64,000 bases of DNA from Planctomycetota bacterium (GTDB lineage Bacteria > Planctomycetota > UBA8108 > SXIK01). The translations under genes and the position numbers were made by a program. The stretch is taken from assembly GCA_965223845.1 (NCBI GenBank), contig CBDCXR010000004.1, positions 5,152,001 to 5,216,000 of the forward strand, written 5' to 3'. The notes beneath the pieces were generated by a model. That model did not search any database, was not told where the DNA came from, and was given only the letters and a program-made list of their open reading frames with translations. Positions 30,312 through 40,233 of this stretch are shown in pieces (position 1 is the first letter of the stretch; the number at the start of each line of letters is the position of its first letter).

Positions 30312-31622
30312 ATGACGCGCCCCACGACCACTCGCCGCCGGTTTCTGAAGACCTCGGCTTCGGCCGCCGCCTCGACGCTCGCGCTGCCAACGATCTTCAC
30401 CGGCGAGGGCTTCGCCGCGGAAACGGGGAAGCCGGAGAAGCTCATCACCGCGGCGATCGGCGTCGGAGGGCGCGGCAGTGGAATCGGACGCCAGCTCCGA
30501 GACCGGAGCCGCATGGTGGCATGCTGCGATGTCGATCAGAACCACGCACGCAGGTTCAAGGGGAAGAGCGATATCGAAGCGTACTCGGACTACCGCGCCG
30601 TTCTCGACCGAAAGGAGATCCAGGCGATCACCGTCGGAACTCCCGATCACTGGCACACCCCGATCGTGCTGCGCGCGATCTGGTCCGGGAAGGACGTCTA
30701 CTGCGAGAAGCCGCTCACGCTCACGATCGCGGAGGGTCAGCTCCTCGTGAACGCGGTGAAGCAGACCGGCCGCGTGCTCCAAGTTGGCACTCAGCAGCGG
30801 ACGGAGATGGGACGGCGATTCCTTCAGGCGGTCGCGATCGCGCACTCGGGGAAGCTCGGCCGCGTGAAGCGCGTGACCGCGTGCATCGGCGGCGCGCCGG
30901 ACAGCGGCTCATTCAATCCCTCCGCCCCGCCCGCCCATCTCGACTGGGACTTTTGGCTCGGTCAGGCGCCGCTCGTTCCGTACACGCGCGAGCGCTGTCA
31001 CGGGAACTTCAGGTGGTGGTACGAGTACTCCGGCGGAAAGATGACCGACTGGGGCGCCCACCACGTCGACATCGCGCAGTGGATTCTGAAGAAGACGGAC
31101 ACGGGTCCGACATCCGTGACGCCCCTCTCTTCGACCCATCCGAAGGCCGCTGACAAGAACGGCTACAACACCGCGACGAAGTTCGAGGTCTCCTGCATGT
31201 TCGACGACGGCGGCGAGATCGTCATCCGCCACGACCGACGGAACGGCTGCCACATCGAAGCGGAAAAAGGAAACTTCTACGTCGGACGCGGTGCGATCGA
31301 AGGTCAGATCGTCGACGAGATCAAGAAGTCGAAGGAGCTGACCGAGTGGCTGAACGGCGAAGTGCACAAGCTCTTCGCCGGCAGGTCGCCGAAGGGTCAC
31401 ATGGACAACTTCCTCGACGCGGTCGCCGACCGGAAGCTGCCGATCTCGGACGTCTATTCACACCATCGCATCCTCACGACGTGCCACCTCGCTAACATCG
31501 CGATCCGCACGGGGCGCACGATCCGCTGGAACCCGGAAACCGAGCTCGCGATCGGCGACGCCGACATCAACGCGAACTGGATCCGGCGAGAGCAGCGCGC
31601 GCCGTACTCGTTTACGGCGTAA
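30312..31622 (+). CDS. Tat-exported Gfo/Idh/MocA oxidoreductase
   Basis: TRRRFLK twin-arginine motif, IGVGGRG, TPDHWH, DVYCEKP and DWGAHHVD. Confidence 0.93.
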   Translation: MTRPTTTRRRFLKTSASAAASTLALPTIFTGEGFAAETGKPEKLITAAIGVGGRGSGIGRQLRDRSRMVACCDVDQNHARRFKGKSDIEAYSDYRAVLDRKEIQAITVGTPDHWHTPIVLRAIWSGKDVYCEKPLTLTIAEGQLLVNAVKQTGRVLQVGTQQRTEMGRRFLQAVAIAHSGKLGRVKRVTACIGGAPDSGSFNPSAPPAHLDWDFWLGQAPLVPYTRERCHGNFRWWYEYSGGKMTDWGAHHVDIAQWILKKTDTGPTSVTPLSSTHPKAADKNGYNTATKFEVSCMFDDGGEIVIRHDRRNGCHIEAEKGNFYVGRGAIEGQIVDEIKKSKELTEWLNGEVHKLFAGRSPKGHMDNFLDAVADRKLPISDVYSHHRILTTCHLANIAIRTGRTIRWNPETELAIGDADINANWIRREQRAPYSFTA

Positions 31623-31661
31623 CCGAGTTCGACGGGACACGGACCGAAGGCGCGGTGCGCC

Positions 31662-31692
31662 GCTCCCGCGCGCGATGGTCGCGGGGCTTTTT
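31662..31692 (+). terminator. Probable intrinsic terminator of the Gfo/Idh/MocA gene
   Basis: GCTCCCGCG...CGCGGGGC stem followed by TTTTT. Confidence 0.5.
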
Positions 31693-31784
31693 CACGTTCG
31701 TCGGAGTAGATCGCGACGCTTCGATCGAGCGTGCGCGCTAGCGAAGCGGGCGCGAACGAGCGCCGTCGCCGTTCATGAGACACG

Positions 31785-31823
31785 AAAAAACGCCGGGCGC
31801 TCCAGCTCGGAGCGCCCGGCGTT
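31785..31823 (-). terminator. Intrinsic terminator of the minus-strand gene ending at 31851
   Basis: Perfect stem AACGCCGGGCGCTCC-agctc-GGAGCGCCCGGCGTT, with a U6 run on the minus strand. Confidence 0.85.
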
Positions 31824-31850
31824 CGTCGATGCGAAACGTCGGACCCTTGC

Positions 31851-32732
31851 TCAGGTCGACGACTCGCGCTGCGCTTGACGCACTCGGACGTACCCCTTCC
31901 GCGCGACGTCCTTCAGCTTCTTTACACGCGAAAACGATCGCGCGACTTCGGCGTAGATGCGCTCGGCGGAATCCAGTCGTCCGTTCTTCTCGTACTTGCG
32001 CGCCGTCCGAAGACGACTCTTTCCGTCGGAGAAGACCTTGCTGTGGTACCGCGCGACCTTCTTCTTGAGCGTTGCGGTCAAGTACGACTCATTGATCCGA
32101 CTCAGCGACTCGAGCGCCTTCTTGTAGTCCCGATCGTTGATCAGCTTCCGCGCCTTGCTGAGGCGCTCCTCGACCTTCGGCGCGTAGGCTTGCTTCCGCG
32201 CCGAAATCGCGCGCGCCACGGCGAGGCCCTTCAGACAGTCACGAGGCTCCGTGCAACGCTGCGTTTTGTAGAGAAGCGTGCCGTCGAGGTCGAGCGCCAA
32301 CACGGAAGGCTTCTTCGAGTCGAGCTCGAAGCTCGCGTAGAGCTCGCGGCCGATACCGTGATCGCGGTTGAAGCGAAACGGAACCGCTCCGCCGCGCGCG
32401 TACTTCACGAGGCGCGGGGACCGGAAGAGCGTACGCTCGTAGTTCGCCGCGCAACAATCCTTCCCGTCGCTCGGCGACACGAGAAGGACGAGGGCGACCT
32501 TACCCTTCTCTTTGCGAGCCGCCTTCGCGATCTCCGAGATGCCCACCGCGTCAGAACGCCAGGCGAGCTGCTCGTTCTCCATGGGTGAGTACGGCGCCTG
32601 ACCGCCGATACCACCGCCGCCGCCTCCGCTCCCACCCGGGGAGCCACCGCCGCCGCATCAGCTGCCGGAGAGGCTTTGCGGACTTAGCCAGAGGAAGAGG
32701 AAGGACGCGAGGAGAAACCCCGTAACTCTCAT
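31851..32732 (-). CDS. Exported thioredoxin-like protein with in-frame TGA at codon 25 (putative selenoprotein)
   Basis: AGAGG RBS, ATG at 32732, then MRVTGFLLASFLFLWLSPQSLSGS-TGA-C-GGGGSPGGSGGGGGGIGGQAPYSP, in frame with ORF 31851..32582 (KDCCAANYERTLF...KPSVLALDLDG). Confidence 0.7.
32628..32660 (-). promoter_or_regulatory. SECIS-like hairpin downstream of the in-frame UGA
   Basis: UGA, 13 nt, then GCUCCC-CGGGU-GGGAGC: a 6-bp stem with a G-containing apical loop about 20 nt after the UGA. Confidence 0.55.
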
Positions 32733-32886
32733 GGCTTGACCTCTTTAGATATGCGGATAGCCCCGGACGGATCCCCCTGCGGACGCGAGCGCCGCGGTCC
32801 GGCGGGCGTGTCGCTCCAGAGCGACTCCATCGTTCTACTTCTCCCGCGCCGCCCAAGCAAGAAACGATCGGCGCGAAATGTTCGAT

Positions 32887-34071
32887 TCAGGGGCACGAGG
32901 CTCGACAGCCGAGGAGCGGCCGATTCGGGACCCCGCAGCCCGGGTACGGCCGTGGCGGCGGGGATCCGCCGAGGAAGAGGAAGCGAAGGAGGAAGAGCCC
33001 GTCGACGAAATCCGCCCGCTCGTTCCCGTCGGCGTCGGCGGCAGCCGGACATTCCACGCCGGTCGCGAGGCCGAGCGAGCGGAGAATCACGCTCACCGCA
33101 TCGGCGATGCGGACGCCGCCATCGCCGTCGACGTCCCCCCGAACAAACCGCGGCGGCCAAGGAACCGTGGTGTCAGGTTCGATCGGCCTGCCCTCCGTCC
33201 TTTTCGGAACTTCTAGCCCGAGCGCGACGAGGATGGTGGGGAAGGTATCGGAGACTCTCACCGGCTCGGCGAGCTCCCGGTAACCGCCCCACTCTCCGCC
33301 AGCCGCGACCCACGGCACGGTCCTCACCTCGGCGACGGGATCGACGTGAGCGTGGCCGACTCCGCCGTGGTCGGAGGTGACGAAGACGGTCGTCTCGGCG
33401 AGATCGAGCACTGCGGTGGCCTTCGCGAGAAGCTGGTCCGTCTCCGCGACGGCCGACAGATACTCGGGCGACATCCACCCGTACCGGTGGCCGGTCGAGT
33501 CCGGCGCAGCGAAGTGGAGAAACGCGAGGTAGTTCGCTGCGCCGAGCGTTCGGAGGTCGTCCGTGAACGCCCTTGTCGCCTCCGCACCGCCCGGCGCGAT
33601 CAAGCACCGATCGAGGGAAGGGTGGCAGAGGAGATCGAGCTTTTCCTTCGTGAGGTAGGCGCGGGCCGAGAACCCCGCCGCCTGCGCCAGCGCGAGAACA
33701 GTACCTTCGATCGTGATGTCGCCCGCGTCGACCGCCTCGACGACTCCGTGTGTCTCTGGCGAGAGCCCGGTCAACATCGAAACGTGGTTCGGAATCGTGA
33801 ACGTGGGCTCGTGGTTCTGCGCGTTGAGCGTGTACGAACCTCGCTCGAGAAGAGTCCACAGAGCCGGCGTTCCGACGGCGCTCACGGCATCGGCCCGGAG
33901 CCCGTCGATCGACACGAGGAGCACGCTCTCCGCTCGCGCGTTCGCGTACAGGACGACGGCAGAGAAAAGGTAGCCCGCTACACCCAGCGCCGTCGGAGGC
34001 CGTGGTCGACGCACCAGAGGGCGCGGTGGGTGATTTCGAATCGGTAGCGATCGGCGAGCGCAGGAGGTCAT
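32887..34071 (-). CDS. Alkaline phosphatase superfamily (nucleotide pyrophosphatase-like) enzyme with dockerin-like tail
   Basis: LVSIDGLR, TFTIPNHVSMLTG, PDSTGH, TSDHGG and FVRGDVDGDG. The start is uncertain. Confidence 0.85.
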   Translation of the reverse strand: MTSCARRSLPIRNHPPRPLVRRPRPPTALGVAGYLFSAVVLYANARAESVLLVSIDGLRADAVSAVGTPALWTLLERGSYTLNAQNHEPTFTIPNHVSMLTGLSPETHGVVEAVDAGDITIEGTVLALAQAAGFSARAYLTKEKLDLLCHPSLDRCLIAPGGAEATRAFTDDLRTLGAANYLAFLHFAAPDSTGHRYGWMSPEYLSAVAETDQLLAKATAVLDLAETTVFVTSDHGGVGHAHVDPVAEVRTVPWVAAGGEWGGYRELAEPVRVSDTFPTILVALGLEVPKRTEGRPIEPDTTVPWPPRFVRGDVDGDGGVRIADAVSVILRSLGLATGVECPAAADADGNERADFVDGLFLLRFLFLGGSPPPRPYPGCGVPNRPLLGCRASCP

Positions 34072-34495
34072 TCGTCGGCGCGTCCGGAACGGAGGACGGG
34101 AGAAGACGGGGACGAGAGAAAGAGTCGACTCCCGAGGAGCGGATCCGCCGGAGAGGGCGTTCAGCGGGTTCGCCGAGCTCGGGAGTCTTCTCCTCGTTCG
34201 TTTCGTGGCGTCGTCCGGAGGGAACCGGCGAACGACTCGGCCGTAAACGTAGCCCGAAGCGAATTGTCTTTCAAGATCTTTTTGTATTTTAAGAAATATC
34301 TGTCGGTCCGAACCTACCGTCGGGATCGAGAACGAACGCGCATCAAATCGATGGCGGTCTCGGCGACGGGCGGCCGATAGAGGAGGAACGGACGCCCCCC
34401 GCGCGAATCACGCCGCCGAGAGTAGATCGCGCTGCGTGGCCGGTAATCTTCGTGCCGGCGCGACGCCGGGCTCGGATCTCATCCCCTAGAACCAC

Positions 34496-35689
34496 ATGCC
34501 ACAGCACACAGCGAAAGCTCGAGCTGAACGACGGTCCTCGCGTCGCATCGCGCTTGCCATCACTTCACTCCTCCTCTGCGTCCACTCGTCCCGAGTCGAA
34601 GCCGACGAAGAGTCGATTCTGACCGACTCCTCCGTGATCGGGCAGAATTTCGGCTACCCGTCCGGCGATCCACTCTTCCCGTCGAGCGATTCGCCGGTGG
34701 GCGCGATCGAGCTCGGCGTCGAAGGCCTCTTCTTCTTCAAGAACCTCGAGCTCACCGATCTCGATCAGAACGGCATCGACGGCGAGACCTTCGTCGGCTT
34801 CCTCGCCCCGCTGCGACTTCGCTACCGAGTCCACGAGAAGGTCTTCATCGAAGCGGGCGCGGTCGTCGGACAGAACTACGGCGACGAGGACGAGCTCGAC
34901 ATCGCCGAGCCGCTCGCCCGGCTCGTGTTAGAACCCGTCGAGAAGTTCTTCATCATCGGCGGAACTCTCATCCCGACCCACGCGATCCACGACGCGCTCC
35001 TCGACGACATTCAGATCTTTCGCATCGGCGCCGAGCAGGGATTTCAGGCCCGCACCGACTGGGAGCGTTATCGAAGCGACACCTGGCTCAATTGGCGGGT
35101 GCGCGAGACGGACACCGATCCCGAAGAGTTCGAGGTCGGCCACGTGAGCAAGCTCCTCTTCGGCGGAGCCGAGCTCGACGGACAAGTCCTCTGGGCACAC
35201 GTCGGCGGTCAGCAGAACGCGTCCGATCGAGTCGAGAACAATCTGCAGATCCTCCTCGGCGGATCGTTCGGAATCGCGCTTTCGGATCTCATCGCGGATC
35301 TTCGCGCGCACGCACATTACCTGCACTCGTTCGACGAGTCTCGCGTGACGGACGATATTCACGGCGACGGCATCGAAGTTCGCGTGAGCGCGGATCTCGT
35401 TCCGATTCCCGAGCTCCTCGTTCGTCTTCACGCATCGTATTTTCGCGGCGACGACATCATTCCGCGCCGCGGCGATCCGCTCTACAGTCTCGACGAGTAC
35501 TCGCAGCTCGGCATCCATACCGTCTGGACGTTCGCGGCTGGAGTGCGAGTCGAAGGTGGACTCGTCGGTCAAGTCGGCGACGGTGAGCTCGTGAGCACCT
35601 ACTTCCTCAACTTCGTTTGGGGGAGAAACTTTCACGTCTTCACCTACGATCCCACTCGAAGAGCTCCCGAAGCGAACACGACGCCCTAG
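34496..35689 (+). CDS. Secreted hypothetical protein, possibly an outer-membrane beta-barrel
   Basis: Signal peptide ending VEA; alternating amphipathic beta-strand pattern. Confidence 0.6.
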   Translation: MPQHTAKARAERRSSRRIALAITSLLLCVHSSRVEADEESILTDSSVIGQNFGYPSGDPLFPSSDSPVGAIELGVEGLFFFKNLELTDLDQNGIDGETFVGFLAPLRLRYRVHEKVFIEAGAVVGQNYGDEDELDIAEPLARLVLEPVEKFFIIGGTLIPTHAIHDALLDDIQIFRIGAEQGFQARTDWERYRSDTWLNWRVRETDTDPEEFEVGHVSKLLFGGAELDGQVLWAHVGGQQNASDRVENNLQILLGGSFGIALSDLIADLRAHAHYLHSFDESRVTDDIHGDGIEVRVSADLVPIPELLVRLHASYFRGDDIIPRRGDPLYSLDEYSQLGIHTVWTFAAGVRVEGGLVGQVGDGELVSTYFLNFVWGRNFHVFTYDPTRRAPEANTTP

Positions 35690-36016
35690 CCTGGCCGCTC
35701 TCAACCCGTCCGGCGCGATCTCGCCGGTCCCGTGGGAGAAGAGAGTTAGCCAAATCGCTGCGTGATGCGCGCGTTACGGAAGCGAGCGCTCGCTCCCCTA
35801 CCGGTGTGCGTTCGCGATTGCTCCGCGATCGCGCGCAACGGTAGAATGGCCGCCTTGGGTCGAAACTCGAGGAAGCGGCCGGGCGCGACGGTCGTGTCGC
35901 GTCGTATTCGAGGCTCGCAAACGGTCGCGCGATGACGATCGCGGCAAGCGAGGATTCGCTAGCTAGATCCGCGCCGTCACCTCGGCGAACCGGAACGCGA
36001 CGTACGGAGTCCCTCT

Positions 36017-39000
36017 ATGTGCCGCCGCAGCGAAACGACGCAATCCGTCGCGCGATCGCTCTGGATCGCCGCCGCAATCGTCGCCCTCGCCGGCGGAGGC
36101 GCACGACTCGGCGCGCAAGACATTCCCGATGATCCGAACCCGCAGGGGTTCATTCTGACGTCGGGATACAACCTTCTCTTTCCGCTCGGGAATCCGTACG
36201 GATGCGACGGCGGGGGACAGAACAATCTCCTCCGCGCGTGGCTCGCGCCGCGCGCGCCGGAGACGGAAACGGCGCGGCCCGGCGACGAGTGGAATGACAT
36301 CGACTTCGGCGGCGCGGCCGCGGCTACCGGATTCGAGGCGTCCGAGTTCTACGCCGAACTCGGCGAATCGGGCGCGCCCGTTTGGCACAGTCTCTCGTCT
36401 CTGCAGAAGCTCGGTTCCAACCTGCCGCAGACTCCCCCCGCGCTCCCGAACGTCGACGGCGTCGGCTTTCAGCTTCTTCTCAACGAGTTGAACACCAATT
36501 GGGTTTCACAACTTCCCGGCACGCGCCGTCTGCCGACGGACAATGTGGTCGGTGCGGCGCAGACCTTCATCGAAAACAACCGGGAAGGAGTGATCTGCGC
36601 TTCGCTCTGCGTCGCGAGCGACGACTCGATCCAGATTTGGCTGAACGGCGTCCTCGTCCAAAACACGAGCGCGTGCCGCGGACTCGACCAAGGCTGCGCC
36701 GAGATCTCGCCGGTCGAGTTTCTGCCCGGGATGAACCGCCTCACCGTCCTCTGCTGGGAAGGTGTCGGCGATTGGAGCTTTCGGATCGCAGTTCGCGACG
36801 GCCAGGGACAGCTCCTCAGCAACAACAATCAGGACGAGCTCACCTTCCACGGTGCGGAGCCACCGCAGGGAAATATCGGGGGCGCGTTCTCCGTTCGACG
36901 AACGGTTGCGAATCCGGATTGCTGCCCGGCGGGCGAATTCGTTCGCGTCAGTTTGCGCGGAAGCGGACCGCGATCGGGCAACGTCACATTGATCGAAGAG
37001 TACAGCGGCGATCAGCCCGTCGAAGACGTAGCAAACGTGACCGCCGGCGGCGAAGTCATCTCTTTCGGTGAGAACGAAGGGTTCTTCATTCGCTGGACCG
37101 TCCCGGCGTCGACTCTCCGATCGACCGGTGTTCGCTACGATCTCAAGGTCACTCCCGGAGCGGAGGCCATCCCGGTCGGATTTCTCGAGCCGTGCTTCAC
37201 TCGCATCGTCGGTGAACCCATCGTGAAGGGAGCGCTTCCGAATTCGGGCCCGATCGGCATCCTCGACGACTCCCACGCGATCGGTCGCGCCACCGATCTC
37301 GCCGATGGGCTCGGCTCGCTCTCCTTCAGCGCTGGGCGCGACGGTGAGGTCGGCACCCCCGACGATCGGTACACCATGGTCGGGGCGGGCGCGGACATCT
37401 GGAACACCGGCGATTCGTTCCACTTCGGCTACCGCGAGCTCGAGGGCAACTTCCGCGTGCGAGTGCGCATCGCGAGCCGTGGATTTCCGCAATCCGGCGG
37501 CCGCTGGGGACGCTACGGGCTCATGGCCCGGCGCGACTGCGCGCCGAATTCGCAGTACTCCATGGTGCACGCGAATCTCGAAGCGGATCCCGGTCCGAAC
37601 GCCGACCATCCGCAGGGCGATGCTGTCTTCTGGCAGTTCCGCCGCGCCCATCGCACCGACGGCGGCAACGACAACGCTCAGTCGGTGTTCTTTCCCGATC
37701 CCGATGGAAACGGTCCGCTGCAGCTGAACCAGCCGAATTGGTTTCGCCTCGAGCGCCGCGGATCGACGTTTTTCGGCTACGCGTCGTTTGACGGTGACGA
37801 CTGGAAGCTCATCGGCTCGAACACTTGGCCCGACCTTGCAGCGGACGATGCGGTCCTCGTCGGCATCGCGTATTCGAAGCACAGCTCGGCATCGAACGCA
37901 GGGACCGTCGTCTTCTCGAACCTCGAGTACGGCGAGTCCGAGCGGGCGGAGATCTTCGACAACGATCGAAATCGCCCCGGTCGCGTCATCTTTCAAAACA
38001 ACTTCAATAATGTTGCCAACAACACGCTCCCGGCTCAGCTGCAGGGGAACTGCGCATTCAACTGCGACGGTGCCGGAGGCTTTCGTCCGCGAGTCATCAA
38101 CGGGCGCCTTCGCCTCACGCAAGAGGGCGTGGGCGACAATGCGACGAGCGTCTTTCTGCGGACGCCGCTCCCCGCCGACTCGGGGGCGCTCGTCATCGAG
38201 TACACCGCGTTCGCGAGGCACAGCGGGATCACCGGGCAGCCCGTGCTCGGCGATCCAAATCCCGCCGACGGAATGACGATGTCCGTGATCGCGGGGAACG
38301 ATCCCGGCCTCGTCGGCGACGGGGGCGGCGGTCTCGGCTACAACGGCATCGGACGCGGCTTCGATCGCGCTCGGCCGAGCCTATCGGTAGAAGCCGACAC
38401 GTGGGCGGGCGCATTCAACAACGAAGGGACCGGGGCGCCCGAGAACGACGGCACGTGGCATCTCGGCATCAACACCGGCGGGAATCTTCATTCGGTAGCG
38501 ATCAACAAGGATCCTCTCCCCGATCTCTTCGCGCCCGAAGGTGTGCGCCACCGCGTCGTGATCACGTCGGAAGGAAAGGTCTCCGTATTCCTTCTCGGCG
38601 ACGGACGAGCGGGCGGAGTCGACGACGGCGAGCCCGCCGCCGAAGCGACGGTCGAGCCGCTCGGAGCGAGCGGCGAGATGGAGGCGGTCGTCGGGTTTAC
38701 CGGCGCAACGGGCGGAGCGTCGCAGACGTCGGAAATCGACGACGTCACCGTGACCGTGCTCGAGTGCGACGACAATCCCGAGCGAGCCGAGATCGACGGC
38801 CCCGCAGCCGCCGACCCCGGAGACGAGATCCGCCTCGACGCGAGGCGCTCGACCGCGGGCGCGGGCGACGCCGACGAGACTCTCACCTACAACTGGACGG
38901 CAGTTCGAAACGTCACCATCCTCTCCGATCCGACGCTCCCGGAGATCACGGCGCGCGTCGGCGACGGCGAGGTCATCGTGCGCGTCGAGGTCGACGACGG

Positions 39001-39316
39001 CCACTGCCGGAACTCCGACGTCGAAGAGTTCATGCTCGACACGTCGGGCGGCGACGAGAACAACTGGGTTTCCTACGACCTAAACGGCGACGGTCTCTTC
39101 GACATCTCCGACCCGGCCTGGCACTTCAACTTCCTCTTCGGGACGGGAGGCGCCCCGCGGTGCCAAGAAGCAGCAGATTTCAATCTCGATGGGGAACGAA
39201 ACATCGCCGACCCCATCGCTGCGCTCAACTTCCTCTTCGGCAGAGGCTTCGCGCCGCGGCGCGGGCTCGGGTGTCAGAGCTATCCGACGTGCGGGGCGGG
39301 CGCGGGTTGCCCGTAG
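36017..39316 (+). CDS. Secreted multidomain lectin-like protein (jellyroll and L-type lectin-like domains, PKD-like domain, dockerin-like tail)
   Basis: SDDSIQIWLNG, GADIWNTGDSFHF, LRLT..PADGM..VEADTW..VGFTGATGG, and DLNGDG...DFNLDG. Confidence 0.78.
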   Translation: MCRRSETTQSVARSLWIAAAIVALAGGGARLGAQDIPDDPNPQGFILTSGYNLLFPLGNPYGCDGGGQNNLLRAWLAPRAPETETARPGDEWNDIDFGGAAAATGFEASEFYAELGESGAPVWHSLSSLQKLGSNLPQTPPALPNVDGVGFQLLLNELNTNWVSQLPGTRRLPTDNVVGAAQTFIENNREGVICASLCVASDDSIQIWLNGVLVQNTSACRGLDQGCAEISPVEFLPGMNRLTVLCWEGVGDWSFRIAVRDGQGQLLSNNNQDELTFHGAEPPQGNIGGAFSVRRTVANPDCCPAGEFVRVSLRGSGPRSGNVTLIEEYSGDQPVEDVANVTAGGEVISFGENEGFFIRWTVPASTLRSTGVRYDLKVTPGAEAIPVGFLEPCFTRIVGEPIVKGALPNSGPIGILDDSHAIGRATDLADGLGSLSFSAGRDGEVGTPDDRYTMVGAGADIWNTGDSFHFGYRELEGNFRVRVRIASRGFPQSGGRWGRYGLMARRDCAPNSQYSMVHANLEADPGPNADHPQGDAVFWQFRRAHRTDGGNDNAQSVFFPDPDGNGPLQLNQPNWFRLERRGSTFFGYASFDGDDWKLIGSNTWPDLAADDAVLVGIAYSKHSSASNAGTVVFSNLEYGESERAEIFDNDRNRPGRVIFQNNFNNVANNTLPAQLQGNCAFNCDGAGGFRPRVINGRLRLTQEGVGDNATSVFLRTPLPADSGALVIEYTAFARHSGITGQPVLGDPNPADGMTMSVIAGNDPGLVGDGGGGLGYNGIGRGFDRARPSLSVEADTWAGAFNNEGTGAPENDGTWHLGINTGGNLHSVAINKDPLPDLFAPEGVRHRVVITSEGKVSVFLLGDGRAGGVDDGEPAAEATVEPLGASGEMEAVVGFTGATGGASQTSEIDDVTVTVLECDDNPERAEIDGPAAADPGDEIRLDARRSTAGAGDADETLTYNWTAVRNVTILSDPTLPEITARVGDGEVIVRVEVDDGHCRNSDVEEFMLDTSGGDENNWVSYDLNGDGLFDISDPAWHFNFLFGTGGAPRCQEAADFNLDGERNIADPIAALNFLFGRGFAPRRGLGCQSYPTCGAGAGCP

Positions 39317-39569
39317 CCGGAGGGCGCACAACAAACGAGGCTTCCGGTTGTCCCCGCGGAGGATCGCCGCGAAAAAACTTGCGAGGAATGCGCTCGGCGT
39401 CGAGGTCTTGAACCGCCTCGCCGAGCGGAATGCGTTGTCGCGCTTGGCTTCAACGCCGCAGAATCTGGTGCGGCCGCGGGATTCGCCGGGCCACCGTGCT
39501 TCCCGCCACCCAGCTTCGAAACGAGCGGATACGAGATCGTCCGCGGAGGAAAGAGAACGCACTACGTCG

Positions 39570-40127
39570 ATGTTGACTCAGGCCAACATAGTCGCAATCT
39601 ACGACCTACTCGCGTTCAGCTCAGTGCCGCTCGGCTTCTTTTTTCGTGAGGATTCTCAGGCCGCACTCAACCTTCCCGACCCGATCCCGTCTCCTCGCGA
39701 AGTCGTGCCGTTCTTTTCTGAGGCCATCACCTCCGGACTGATGGTACTGAGGGACAGAGACAGCAATGAGCTGAAGAACGATCCCCCCAGGGGACCGACG
39801 GTTGATTACACTCGATGCGCGGAGCTCACATCCAAAGGCGGGCAACTCTGGGAACGACGCTGCCCGTACGATTGGGATTCTCACGTAACTCGTTCGTATT
39901 CGGGAGCGGAAAGCCACTGGGCGCTGAACCATCTCTGCGTTTCGCTTGAGTGTCTTTGGGAAGTTCGACTATCGCTCTTTTCAGGTATTTCTCATCGGGA
40001 ATACAGAAAGATCTCTATTGGAGCCGTTGAAAAGCGCGGGCCATCGCCCATTACCTATTGGAAGTCTATGGACTGCTGGGGGTTTAGCATCACGTGGGAT
40101 AAGGATCTCGGTCCCTATTTCATCTAG
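39570..40127 (+). CDS. Hypothetical protein in a lower-GC patch
   Basis: Protein-like composition from MLTQANIVA onward; visibly more AT-rich than the flanks. Confidence 0.5.
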   Translation: MLTQANIVAIYDLLAFSSVPLGFFFREDSQAALNLPDPIPSPREVVPFFSEAITSGLMVLRDRDSNELKNDPPRGPTVDYTRCAELTSKGGQLWERRCPYDWDSHVTRSYSGAESHWALNHLCVSLECLWEVRLSLFSGISHREYRKISIGAVEKRGPSPITYWKSMDCWGFSITWDKDLGPYFI

Positions 40128-40187
40128 CCTCGGCAGATCAGTGGTCGCCCCGATTCGTGAGCGCGCCGAAATGGCAAGAGCCACGAA

Positions 40188-40224
40188 CGAACTTGAGTTC
40201 GGACGAACTTGAGTTCGGACGAAC
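40188..40224. repeat. Two tandem palindromic CGAAC-TTGA-GTTCG boxes (16-bp period)
   Basis: Copies at 40188-40201 and 40204-40217, plus an extra CGAAC half-site at 40220. Confidence 0.8.
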
Positions 40225-40233
40225 GTGACAACG

